From a virus: a DNA stretch of 64,000 nt. The DNA lies in IMG/VR virus record IMGVR_UViG_3300044846_004119, positions 32,001-96,000 of that record. One strand, written 5' to 3'. Shown here one piece after another: positions 18,342-29,700 of the stretch; within the stretch, counting starts at the first letter, position 1; every line of letters begins with the position of its first letter. The position numbers and the translations under genes were made by a program. The notes under the pieces were generated by a model. The model was not told where the DNA came from, made no database searches, and saw nothing but the letters and a program-made list of their open reading frames with translations.

Positions 18342-21300
18342 ATGCCTGATAGTACATTATCGTTTGTTAACAGTTCTTCATTTAGAAATGCGTTATTAGC
18401 CACAAATTTGGAGCCATATGATGTACCTGGTGTTTACACACCACCCTCAGGACCTATTGCCTATGAAATACAACAAACAGTAAGTAATGTTATTGATTCA
18501 CCCGATGGTTTAATTGCTAATGACCCATTTGCAGCGATATTATATCCATTAAATGAATACGGACCTAATGGTGGTTTTAATACAACTATCACATACAATG
18601 GACCTCCATTACCCGTTAACCCTAATCAAGGGGAGTACAGTCCAACAGATACGGTATTAGACTTAGTTAATGAGTTTTATATCGACGCCGCATATATTGA
18701 AAACATATATGGACCTTCTGGTGGGTTTAATGATATGGTAGTTATTACGGATATCCAAAACAATAATAAAATTTATCAACCTTATTGGAATCCACCAACA
18801 TTTGTACCGTCTTCTTATACACCATATAGTATATTATTTTCAGATAACCCAAATGGAACTGACGGTTCATTATCTCAGGATTCTTATATTGCTAAAATTG
18901 GGGCGGAACAACTTAATTACTTATTCCAACAAAGAATTGCCGCTGAGATATTTCAAAATACTGTTGGTCAAGTTAACTTAGATTCTTTAAGTGACCCTTT
19001 TGAGGCTGCCTTAATTGCAACAGGACAAGAACCATTAATTTATAAAAACTATAGAATTACTGTCCCTGAAAATCCTATTGTTGCGGCGTTTGATTTGGCA
19101 ACTAGATTAGCAAGTGCTTATTGGCCTGTTTCTATGATTCCTGGTGATTACTTCACACAACAACACAAGCCAGGGTTTTTATCACAACAAACATCAAACG
19201 CTTTAAATGTTATCAATCAACTAACGGGAGGGTTTTTAGGTCCAATTCTAAACACATCTAGAAGTGCATCTGAATTATTTTTGGCCAATACGGGTAACGG
19301 TCAAAGGTCAGTTTTATTTCGTAATATTGATTATAACAGATATCAACCTGATTATAAAAATCAATATGGTGGATTATTAGGCGTTGCTCAAGGTTTGGTT
19401 AATTTAGCTGTTAATTTAATTAATCCTAATAATGGAACTTTAGTTGGTGGTTATTATGTTGGCAGTAGAAATGCGGAACCATCAACAATAACATCACCAG
19501 CAAATCAAATACCAGTTAATGTCTTTGGACAACAGGACCCTGCGCCTGTTTATGGACCTTCAGAACTTGCAATATTATATGAAGGTAATAATGAAGTGTT
19601 AAAATTTGGTCTTGCGGCAAAACCATTAAGTGATGGTGGTGGTATTGACGGACAATTTGTTTGGACTTCACCTAAATATAAAGGTAATGCTGGTTTTAAT
19701 GCAACACCTGGTGGAGGTACAGGTAGTTTAGACCCTGAGTTTAACCAAGTTAGTAGTTACTATACAAGAGATGAGTCAACTAATATAACATTCAAAGAGA
19801 CTTCAATTTTAGACCAAACTCAAAGATTAATTGAGTCTGCGGATAATGTTACGGGTATTTCTCGTTTAAAACATGTTGGTAATGCAATTAACCAAGTTAG
19901 TAAGGTATTCCATGATGGATATAAAGAAATAACTAAAGGTTCTCAAGTATTATCGTACACTGATTTTACTACGGGGGCAGAAAAAGGAATTGAGTATTGT
20001 CGTGTATTCACTAAGGACACACCTTACTACACTTACGCCGATTTACAAAAAACTGATGGTATTACTACTTCGGGTAGACGTTTTAGTAATTCTGTATTTG
20101 ATAACACATACAACTTAAACATAGCCCCACTTAAAAACCCTGGTTCAACAAATATTCAAATGAATAACCAAGGTAAATTAGTCGCTAAAAAATATATGTT
20201 TTCCATTGAGAATTTAGCTTGGAGAACTTCAAGTAGACCAGGATTTACATATGATGAATTACCTACATGTGAGAAAGGGCCTAATGGGGGTAGAGTTATG
20301 TGGTTCCCACCTTATGATTTAAAATTCTCAGACCAAAGTTCTGCGAATTGGAATTCACAATCATTTTTAGGTAGACCTGAACCAATTTACACTTATAAAG
20401 ATACAAGTAGAACAGGAACACTTTCTTGGAAAATTATTGTTGACCACCCTTCTGTTATGAATGTTATTGTTGAAAAACAATTAAAGGGTCAAAGTAAAGA
20501 AAAATTAAATTCAATCATTGATTCGTTCTTTGCGGGTTGTGTGAAGTATGATATCTATCAATTAGGACTTAAATTTAATACGATACCGACTAAGGATTTG
20601 TATACCTACCAAGAGATATTAAATAACCCTAGAATAACTAAAGAAGAGTTACAAGGTATTAATCAATCTATTCCTAAAGATAATTCGGGTGGGTTGGTGA
20701 CTAACACTGTTGCAACTCCCGCAAATAATACTAATAAGGCGGACACACCTGACAATTCAGGCGTTGAATTTGAAAACGAATTTAACGAATTATCGTTCTA
20801 TTTTTACAACGATATTCCCGACCCTAACACAAATAAAATAGTTTCGTCAGTACCTTATCAAGTAACCTATGGAAGTTATACCGCGTCATCATTCATTAGT
20901 AATTATGTAGATAAAGCCAATGCAGTATTTGCACCAAATTTAAGTTATTGTACAACAAACTCATCATATTGTGATACTAATAAAAAAGTTAAAGAGTTTT
21001 ATGATACGGTAATTATCGACAACTTTAATACAATTGACAATGCGGATAACGGTTTTATTAAAAAGGCGTTTAATTTATTAAAAGAAAAAAACGCAACAAT
21101 TAATTTAACTTTAGTTGGTTCGGCTTCAGCACCTGCCTCAGTACCATATAACATAAATCTTTCTAAAAGAAGAAATGATTCTGTTTTACAATATCTTAAA
21201 ATTAGAGGTAAAGAAATTGGGTGTGATATAACACCGTTTATTGATAGTAAAAAATTTATTTTAAATGAATCCGCTTCAGGTGAAACAGAAACTGTGGTGA

Positions 21301-23423
21301 TACCAAAATCGATATCTGGAGGTGCGGGGGCGTCGGTTAATTGTACGACTGATATTAAAAATGGTTCGGGCGTTGTTACATCTAATTCACAAATTTATTC
21401 GGTTGATGCTATGGCTTGTAGACGTGTTAAAATTGTGTCTAAAGTAGTTTTACCGCCAGGGGAAAGTAAAAAAGATACACCGGCCAGCACTACAGAAACC
21501 TCAACACAACCTAAAACTATTGACATAACAGTTAAACCTATTACCCCAAAACCAACGGTTAGCATTGAGACAAAACTTAAAGAAGGTATTGGTAAACGAA
21601 TATTAAGACAGTTACTTTCTGAATGTGATTATTTCCAAGTAATTGAGGAAAATGTTCCGATGTTATATGACTCAATAAAAGAAAAAATTAAGTATTTTAA
21701 TCCTGCGTTTCACTCTATGACACCTGAAGGATTGAATGCTCGTTTAACCTTCTTAAATCAATGTGTTAGACCTGGTGAAACAATCCCAACAATTGGTCCT
21801 GATGGTAAACCAAAATATAATGACGCTGTTAATACGTCATTTGGAGCACCACCAGTATTAATATTACGTATTGGTGACTTTTATAATACAAAAATTATTC
21901 CTAAGAGTGTTTCATTCACATATGAACCATTGTTATTTGATATGAACCCTGAGGGTATTGGTATCCAACCAATGATTGCCAATGTTACGATGAATTTTGA
22001 TTTTATTGGGGGTATGGGTCTTGCTAAACCTGTAGAACAATTACAAAACGCATTATCGTTTAACTATTATGCAAATACTGAGATTTATGATGAGAGGTCG
22101 GTATGGACTGAAGATACCTCAGCATTAGATAAAACTTTAATGGAATCCATATTACAAAGTCAACCTGTTGAAACTGTTGACAATGTTGATAACCAAATTC
22201 AAAATGATTTCGGTAATACAATAGGTGACATCGTTAATTTCAACAGAGTTGTTGGAGGTGAAACTGGTGAAATTAGTTATGGTGTTATTATGGATAAGAT
22301 GTTGTCTGAGACAACTTCATATTTTAATTCTTTATATAATCAATTGGAAAGTATTGTGTTACAAACTAATTATGGTGTGTTACAATTAGTTAATCAATAC
22401 AGAGATTATCAAGATGGTCCTTTAACGGTAGGAACTGTTAGTTACCCAACTAAGATTTATGGTAAACCGTTAATTTCAAAAACATCGGGTAATGACAAAG
22501 TTAATTTATTCCAAGAATTGTTGGATAAATGCATTGTTGACATTGAGAATGGACTTAATCCAATAATTGCTGAATTAGATACTAACAACTATCCGGATAT
22601 ACTCCCTAATGAATTTAGTGTCATAAAAACTAATATGATATCTTATTTAAAACAGGTTTATTTAACTTTACCTAATAGTACACAAAAAATTGTTACTGAT
22701 TTAACAGTTAAAGAACAAAACTATGTACAAGTAATTAGAAAATTAATTGTTGTCAATGATAAGACTGATGGTAAAAAATTAGAAAACGGAACACCATTAG
22801 TATATAGTATTAGTGGTACTTCAAAAGTTAGTGAAAGTACTAAACAATCGGACCCTTTAATTGGGGATACCTATGATGAGTTTACAACTGACTGTGGTAA
22901 AATATACAAAGCACTTAATGATTTTTTAGATGTGTTAAATGCTAAAGAAATTATCACAAACACATATGAAAATACGGGGGATTTTAAAACTGCGGACAAT
23001 TCTTTCTTTACCGATGTTTATAAGAAAGAGTTCTTCATGATGGTTGGTAGAAACTTTAGTGATAAAAATAAATTACAGGAGTTTAAAACATTTATATTAA
23101 CCGCAAACATTTCATCAAATAAAAAGTTAACGAAGAAGTTTGATGATGTTACTGATGATTTAGCTAAAGAATATAGTAAAGAAATTAAAAAAGAAGAAAA
23201 AATATTTTCAGATTTTAGAAAAAGTTCTGAATATAAAACATATATTGAAAGTCCTGATGATATTTTATATCCCGCAGGAAAAACAAGGGTTTTTGATTAT
23301 ACAACAGTACCTGACCCAGCAACAGAGGCGGCTCAAAAGAAATTATTAACTGATTTATTTACGACAGTAAACTTAGAACCTGCTAATACTACAATCTTTA
23401 CAGGTAAAATTAAATTTGATTAA
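18342..23423 (+). CDS. Large baseplate tube-initiator-like protein with inserted OmpA-like domain
   Basis: 1693 aa; tube-fold segments WNSQSFLGRPEPIYTYKDTSRTGTLSWKI and PPVLILRIGDFY..IIPKSVSFTYE flank an OmpA-like motif VGSAS..YNINLSKRRNDSVLQYL..CRRVKI. Confidence 0.65.
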   Translation: MPDSTLSFVNSSSFRNALLATNLEPYDVPGVYTPPSGPIAYEIQQTVSNVIDSPDGLIANDPFAAILYPLNEYGPNGGFNTTITYNGPPLPVNPNQGEYSPTDTVLDLVNEFYIDAAYIENIYGPSGGFNDMVVITDIQNNNKIYQPYWNPPTFVPSSYTPYSILFSDNPNGTDGSLSQDSYIAKIGAEQLNYLFQQRIAAEIFQNTVGQVNLDSLSDPFEAALIATGQEPLIYKNYRITVPENPIVAAFDLATRLASAYWPVSMIPGDYFTQQHKPGFLSQQTSNALNVINQLTGGFLGPILNTSRSASELFLANTGNGQRSVLFRNIDYNRYQPDYKNQYGGLLGVAQGLVNLAVNLINPNNGTLVGGYYVGSRNAEPSTITSPANQIPVNVFGQQDPAPVYGPSELAILYEGNNEVLKFGLAAKPLSDGGGIDGQFVWTSPKYKGNAGFNATPGGGTGSLDPEFNQVSSYYTRDESTNITFKETSILDQTQRLIESADNVTGISRLKHVGNAINQVSKVFHDGYKEITKGSQVLSYTDFTTGAEKGIEYCRVFTKDTPYYTYADLQKTDGITTSGRRFSNSVFDNTYNLNIAPLKNPGSTNIQMNNQGKLVAKKYMFSIENLAWRTSSRPGFTYDELPTCEKGPNGGRVMWFPPYDLKFSDQSSANWNSQSFLGRPEPIYTYKDTSRTGTLSWKIIVDHPSVMNVIVEKQLKGQSKEKLNSIIDSFFAGCVKYDIYQLGLKFNTIPTKDLYTYQEILNNPRITKEELQGINQSIPKDNSGGLVTNTVATPANNTNKADTPDNSGVEFENEFNELSFYFYNDIPDPNTNKIVSSVPYQVTYGSYTASSFISNYVDKANAVFAPNLSYCTTNSSYCDTNKKVKEFYDTVIIDNFNTIDNADNGFIKKAFNLLKEKNATINLTLVGSASAPASVPYNINLSKRRNDSVLQYLKIRGKEIGCDITPFIDSKKFILNESASGETETVVIPKSISGGAGASVNCTTDIKNGSGVVTSNSQIYSVDAMACRRVKIVSKVVLPPGESKKDTPASTTETSTQPKTIDITVKPITPKPTVSIETKLKEGIGKRILRQLLSECDYFQVIEENVPMLYDSIKEKIKYFNPAFHSMTPEGLNARLTFLNQCVRPGETIPTIGPDGKPKYNDAVNTSFGAPPVLILRIGDFYNTKIIPKSVSFTYEPLLFDMNPEGIGIQPMIANVTMNFDFIGGMGLAKPVEQLQNALSFNYYANTEIYDERSVWTEDTSALDKTLMESILQSQPVETVDNVDNQIQNDFGNTIGDIVNFNRVVGGETGEISYGVIMDKMLSETTSYFNSLYNQLESIVLQTNYGVLQLVNQYRDYQDGPLTVGTVSYPTKIYGKPLISKTSGNDKVNLFQELLDKCIVDIENGLNPIIAELDTNNYPDILPNEFSVIKTNMISYLKQVYLTLPNSTQKIVTDLTVKEQNYVQVIRKLIVVNDKTDGKKLENGTPLVYSISGTSKVSESTKQSDPLIGDTYDEFTTDCGKIYKALNDFLDVLNAKEIITNTYENTGDFKTADNSFFTDVYKKEFFMMVGRNFSDKNKLQEFKTFILTANISSNKKLTKKFDDVTDDLAKEYSKEIKKEEKIFSDFRKSSEYKTYIESPDDILYPAGKTRVFDYTTVPDPATEAAQKKLLTDLFTTVNLEPANTTIFTGKIKFD

Positions 23424-23425
23424 TT

Positions 23426-23752
23426 ATGGCGTCAAAACAATATTATAATAGATATAATGACTTTATTTTAAATGGACAACAGACTGTTGTTCCTTATATT
23501 ACGTTGCCAAGTAAAAGTACCGATAAACGATACATTTATAAGGCAGGACAGTCTAGATTAGATAAAATGTCGCAACAGTATTATGGTTCACCATTCTTTG
23601 GTTGGGTAATAATGCAGGCAAATCCAATTTATGGAGGACAAGAGTGGAACATTAGTGACGGTTCTATCTTGACAATTCCATTTCCTTTAGTAGCTTCTTT
23701 ACAGGATTATAAAAATCAATTGGATAATCATTTCTTTTATTATGGTAGGTGA
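23426..23752 (+). CDS. LysM-like baseplate protein (P2 gpX / T4 gp53-like)
   Basis: YKAGQSRLDKMSQQYYGSPFFGWVIMQANP pattern; 108 aa. Confidence 0.75.
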   Translation: MASKQYYNRYNDFILNGQQTVVPYITLPSKSTDKRYIYKAGQSRLDKMSQQYYGSPFFGWVIMQANPIYGGQEWNISDGSILTIPFPLVASLQDYKNQLDNHFFYYGR

Positions 23753-26700
23753 CACAGAAAATATTTTAGTCGAATTTGACTATAACAACATAACAATCGT
23801 AGACCCAAACAAAGTTATCGATATAAATGGTAACGCGAAAGAACGATTTATTAAACAAGAAGATTTAGTTTTTTATGCTAACTTGGAGTGTAAAGTTTTA
23901 CCAAGAACTAAACTAGCCGTTGGTGTTGCAAATAACGACCAAATTCAAACAGTTTCTATTGCAACAATCAATTTCTTAAAACCTGGTGATAAGACATTTT
24001 TAGATAATAGTTATACTGACGAAATTACAGGTAAAAATAGTGTTACGGGTGAAGGGGTTAATCAACCTAAAAAAAATTCAATTAGTAATCCTAACAAACC
24101 TGCGGATTTTTTCTTAAGACAAAGTATTAATTCTGGTGGAAAACCAGGGGCGACCGATAACGGACTACTTGGTATAACATCAATTAATATTCGACAAGGA
24201 TTGGATTTTTTACCAACAATCAATGTGCAACTTGAAGACGTAAAAGGTAAAGCGTTATTTGAATCAGGAGATAATTCACCTTATGCTGCGTTCTTTAATT
24301 TACCTTACCCACTTTTCCATTTAACGATTAAAGGTTATTATGGCAAGGCAATTAAATTAGGACTTATGTTACAATCTTTTAGTTCAAGATATGACACATA
24401 TAGTGGAAATTTTAAAATTGATTTAAAGTTTTATACTTACAAATATACAATCTTAAGTGAGATTACTATGGCCGCATTGACAGCGACCCCTCACATGTAT
24501 AAATCAAGAATTAAGGTTCAAACAACACAAGGAAGTACTGATAGTAAATTTGTTAAAGTTGAGGATGGTGTTGTTGAAGGTGGGTATCAAAAAGTTAAAG
24601 AAATGTATAGTGAATATAAATCAAAAGGTATGATACCTGATGATTTTCCCGAAATCACTTTGGTTCAAATGCAAGAAAGAATTGAGAATTTTATTAAAAA
24701 TGTGTTGGATAGTTTTACTAAACAAAATTTGGACCCATTAACTAATTTAGATGTTTATCAAAAAACTCTTAATGATTATTCCGGTAATGTTTATTATTTT
24801 AATGGTTCATCATGGTTTGAAAAGTATATGGATAAGAACACTGCTTTTGTATTAACCAATGGTAATAAAGTTTACACTTTTAAACCTGAAATTAGTTTAC
24901 AAAATAGAGTTACCGCAAAGGCAGAATTAGATGGATATGTAAAAAAATATAATGAGTTATTAGATGGTAATGAAACTGTGGGAGCAAATGGTTCATATAA
25001 GATTAATAATAAAACAACTAAAATAACAATACCTAATGGTATTAAATCACCAGACACTTTTATCCCAAAACCTGAGATTACAGAAAAAGATATTGATTTA
25101 GTTCAAAGTTATCGATTAGTTAAAGGTGTAAAAACTACACCAACCGACACACAACTTGCGGCATACCAAGCCGAATTGATTAAAAATAAAGTGTTTAATA
25201 CCCCTGTTATTAAAAACGCGGACGGTAATATTGAACTAATAAAAGATTATTACATTTTTGAAGGTACAAACACATTTATTGATAATATTGATAAAATGGG
25301 TAAAAAATTAAAAGTTTTTAGAGAACAAATACAAGAAGAACTTACAAAGGCTCTTTCAGAATTGTTACAAAGTAAGGATAATGGTATTGGGTTTGTACCT
25401 AACATTAGAAATGTTCTTGCCGTTGTTTTTGCCAATGGAGAGGCGTTCTTAAGATTAATGGACGATGTTCACACGAAAGCTTGGGATAAGAGAGATTCTA
25501 CAATTAGAAAAAACTCTATCTTTAATAGTCAAACCGCTGGTGCGTCACAAGACAATTTAAGTAGTGGTAATAACAAGGAACAACCTATATATCCTTGGCC
25601 ACAAATGATTAAAGAAACCTCAGGAACAGACGGGCACGAAAAGTTTGAGATTGTTTATCCTGGTGATTCTTCAGTGATTACTCAGACAAAAGGATTTTTA
25701 GCGGATGAATGGCCTGAAGTTGAATTTGTTGAAGAATTTATTCGAGGTTATGTGGAGAGAACTTCACCTCCGTCAGATAGTACCGCATCTCCAAATGAGT
25801 TAACGGAACCTCAAAGAATTTCGGTGGACGCTATTGAATTTCCAATTAAAAATGACGTTTATGGTAATAAAGAAGAAGTTAAGTTTTTTTATGAAATATA
25901 TGAGAGAGTTTTATTAACAACCTTTTATTCAAGACTTGGTAGATGTAACGACTTTATATCTGATTCGGATAAAGTTACAACTATTATTGCTGATGCTGAG
26001 AATATTAACATACTTAAAAGTTTATCAAATGATAATCCATTTATAATTCAAAAACTTAAAGAATATGCCTATACTGGTGAAAATTTTGAGACTGTCCTTA
26101 GACATATTTCAAATGAAGGTTTGGGGGAAAGTTGGCAAAATTTTATTAGAGGTATTTTTAATACAAAATATATTAAAAACTTAGTTAATAATTCTAGTTT
26201 TGAATTTATTAATGAACAAATCCTTAAGAATAGTTTATCACAACCAATGGTTTCATTACCAAGTGAAACTCAATTTGCAGAATATATTAATGACTCAACA
26301 ACATCCAACGAATATGATTTTGCCGATACATACCCTTTTACAAATAAAAATTGGGTTAAAAAATATTTGGCAAATAGTAACACAGTGTTAGATGAAAAAT
26401 CGGCTTTTGATACAACACAAATATTAACGTACACTTCGGATAATAAAATTATTACGAATATTGCATCTTATGATTCAGGCAAAAAACCATTTACTAACTT
26501 TATTTCAGAAATAACAGTGACTCCCACAGAGTATAGTACAACTGTTGGTATGAAAGCGTTTTATGAGACAAGAAAAAACGATTATAAAAATCAATTATTT
26601 ACTGAAGGTAATTTAAAGTACAATAATTATAATGGTCTTGTAACTAGTGAACAAACAGTGTCTATGTTTAATACACCGTATTTTATTAATGCAATTCAAC

Positions 26701-29700
26701 AAGGTGTAAGTAATTTTAGAAATTTTAGTGAGACACCATATACTGAAGCCGCGTACCTTTTCTTAAATAGTTTACCATTGTCTACTCTACGAGAAAAGTA
26801 TAAAACAAAAAATGAGTCTGATGATTTAAATTATATTTTTGCAACACTGAATAAATTTGGTGGAGTACATAAAATACCATATTCTTGGGTTTTAAAATAC
26901 GGTTCAATATGGCACCGTTATAAAAAGTATGTTGAAACTGGCGTTGATATTATAGGGGTTTCTTGGGCTAATTTTGATTATCTTAATAACTATGACCCTG
27001 TTAATAGTTTACCATCAACAATGTATACATTTAGTGCTAGTACTCAAATTGGTATTGTTGATATTGTTTTAGAGAATAATGTAACAATTGGTGGGGAAGT
27101 ATCTACAACAATTAACACAGGATTTTATCCTAAATTAATTAATGATTTTAATGTCTTTTACCAAGGATTTGAAATTTTCTCGGCGTACACTAGTACCGCA
27201 ATTCAAGAAGGAATTAAATCAGGGTTTACGTTAAATTATGTTGATAAAGCCATTATTAGCAAATCAGAAGGTTTTGACACTTCAATACCTAATAGAGATT
27301 TAAGAATATTTCCTTGGACAGTATCTGTAAATACTTTAGATAATATATCTTCATTTATATTCCCATCCCAAGGTTCATTAGTTAATCAAACAAACAATGA
27401 ATGTTTTGACGCAAATACAGGAGAAATAAAATTTGAAGTTATGGGTAATAAGTCAATGTATGATGGTTCAGTTAGAACTTTTTGGACAGCACCCAATTAC
27501 GGATATTTTGATGATAGTAAAATAGTTAAGGTTAATCCGGACCAATACCTAAAAGAAATTTTTTCAGGAAAAAGTTTTCAAGAAAATTATTCATTAAATG
27601 GCGTAATTACTCAATATTCAAATATTAGTGAAATGTTTTCTGTTTTCGAAAAGGATGTTTTAGATTTATTTGAAGTTGAGTTTTTAAATTTTTCAAAATC
27701 AAAATATGATTATAGTTCGGAAGGTGTCGGTGCAAATGATTCCAATACCGCTAAATTGTTTAAGAACTTTCAAGTTTTAATGATTGAGTTGATGAAGCAA
27801 CCTAAAATAACAGGGTCAACAGGTGAAGATTATGTAAGAAATGCTCAATCTGCACAACTTACAAATATTACTAATCTATTAACTAGATTTATTAATAATG
27901 ATGTTGTATTTAAAAACGGAAATCCGTCTAACTACGATAAAAAATTATTTTATACGTTCTCAAACTATGATATTACCGACCCATATATTTTGGACAAATA
28001 CACACTATTAACGCCAAACGCAGTTCCTGTAAATGGTGGAACAACTACATTATCTTCATCAAAAAGTTTATACCCTAATGAGTGGACTACATTAGAAACT
28101 TATGTTGGTTTTTCAGAAATCCCGCAATTAGTTTATGGAAATAACGGTTCATACATTACTGACTTTTTTGTTGACTTAAACATTTCTTTTACGGTTAATA
28201 ATATAATTAATTTTTCACCAATAATTAAAATTTATGCGACTCAGAAATTAAAAGAGTCCACGATGAATAAAAAAAAATTCATTGGTTTAATGGATGAGTA
28301 TTTGAAAAAGTCTTTAGATTTTAAAAATAAAATATTTAATAATTTAATTATTAAACTACAAAAAGCTTTACCCGATGTTAATAACACAGTACAAACGACA
28401 ATTGATTCTGTTTTAGAGGGACCACAAACAAAGGTTGAATTATGGGAATCATTTAAGGCAATAAATGATAAATGGATTTCAGGTAATGATTTTAAAACTA
28501 AAACATTATTTGAGGATGTTTTATTGTTAGATAGAGCGAGTAGAAATATTGGTGATAAGATATTGGTTGATGTTTTTAAATTAAAAAACAGATTAATTAA
28601 TATAAACCCTAAAGCGACAATGCTTAGTTTTGTACAATCAATATTAGTTGAAAATAACTTTGTTGTAATGAATTTACCGTCATATGTTAATTTCTATAAT
28701 GTACAAGATGCGGTTAAAAACCCAAAACCAAAGGTTGAAGGAACATTAGAGTTTGCTAATACACTATTTGGAACTTTCATGAACGTTGATTATAGAGAAT
28801 CAAGTGCTAAAATGGTTTGTTTCTTTGGTGGTAAACCAAGTGAACAATTAGATTTAAAAAACAATGTTGATTTTAGATATAGAAATGACGCGTTTGATTT
28901 AAGAAGAGCTAGTGATAATCCGTTAGTTGAAGATTTAACTAATAAGAATGATTGGGATAAATCAAATAAAGTTGTAGGGTTTAATGTTGATATTGGACCT
29001 CAAAATCAGTCTATGTTTTATGGGTTTACTGTTTCCCAAGATGCTGGTCAAGCCACTGCAGAATCTCTTGAAGTGTTAAATCAAATGGCCAATCAAGGTG
29101 GTAATAGGGGAGGTGCAACACAAAGTAACTCATTATATAACCTATACAAAAATAGAAGTTATTCTTGTAATGTATCCATGATGGGTAATGCTATGATACA
29201 ACCAACAATGTACTTTAATTTAAGATACGTCCCAATGTTTAGTGGGCCTTATATGATTACAAGTGTTAATCATAGTATATCACCAGGTAGTTTTGAAACA
29301 ATTATTGAAGGTATTAGACAACCAACCGCATCATTACCTAAAATTGATAATTATTTACAAACATTAAAAACTAATTTATTACAATCTATTATTGAAAAGA
29401 ATAAACTTGATACTCAGAAAAAAAATGCGGAAACAAAAGTTAATAGTACTAATGTAATTGGTCAGTCAACTGAGGTTAATAACCAAGCAACACAACAAGA
29501 TAGCACCACAGCAAATGATACTATTCAGGAAACTTGTCAACCAAACTCTAAATATGCTCAATGGACACCATTAACAGGGCCGTCAATAACAACATTAAAT
29601 TATAAAAGTGTTATTGGTACTATTGTTAGTCTAACGAATGATGTTAAATTACAAAAAGTTATTTTTTCCTCAATTTATATATCGTCAAATAATAATAACA

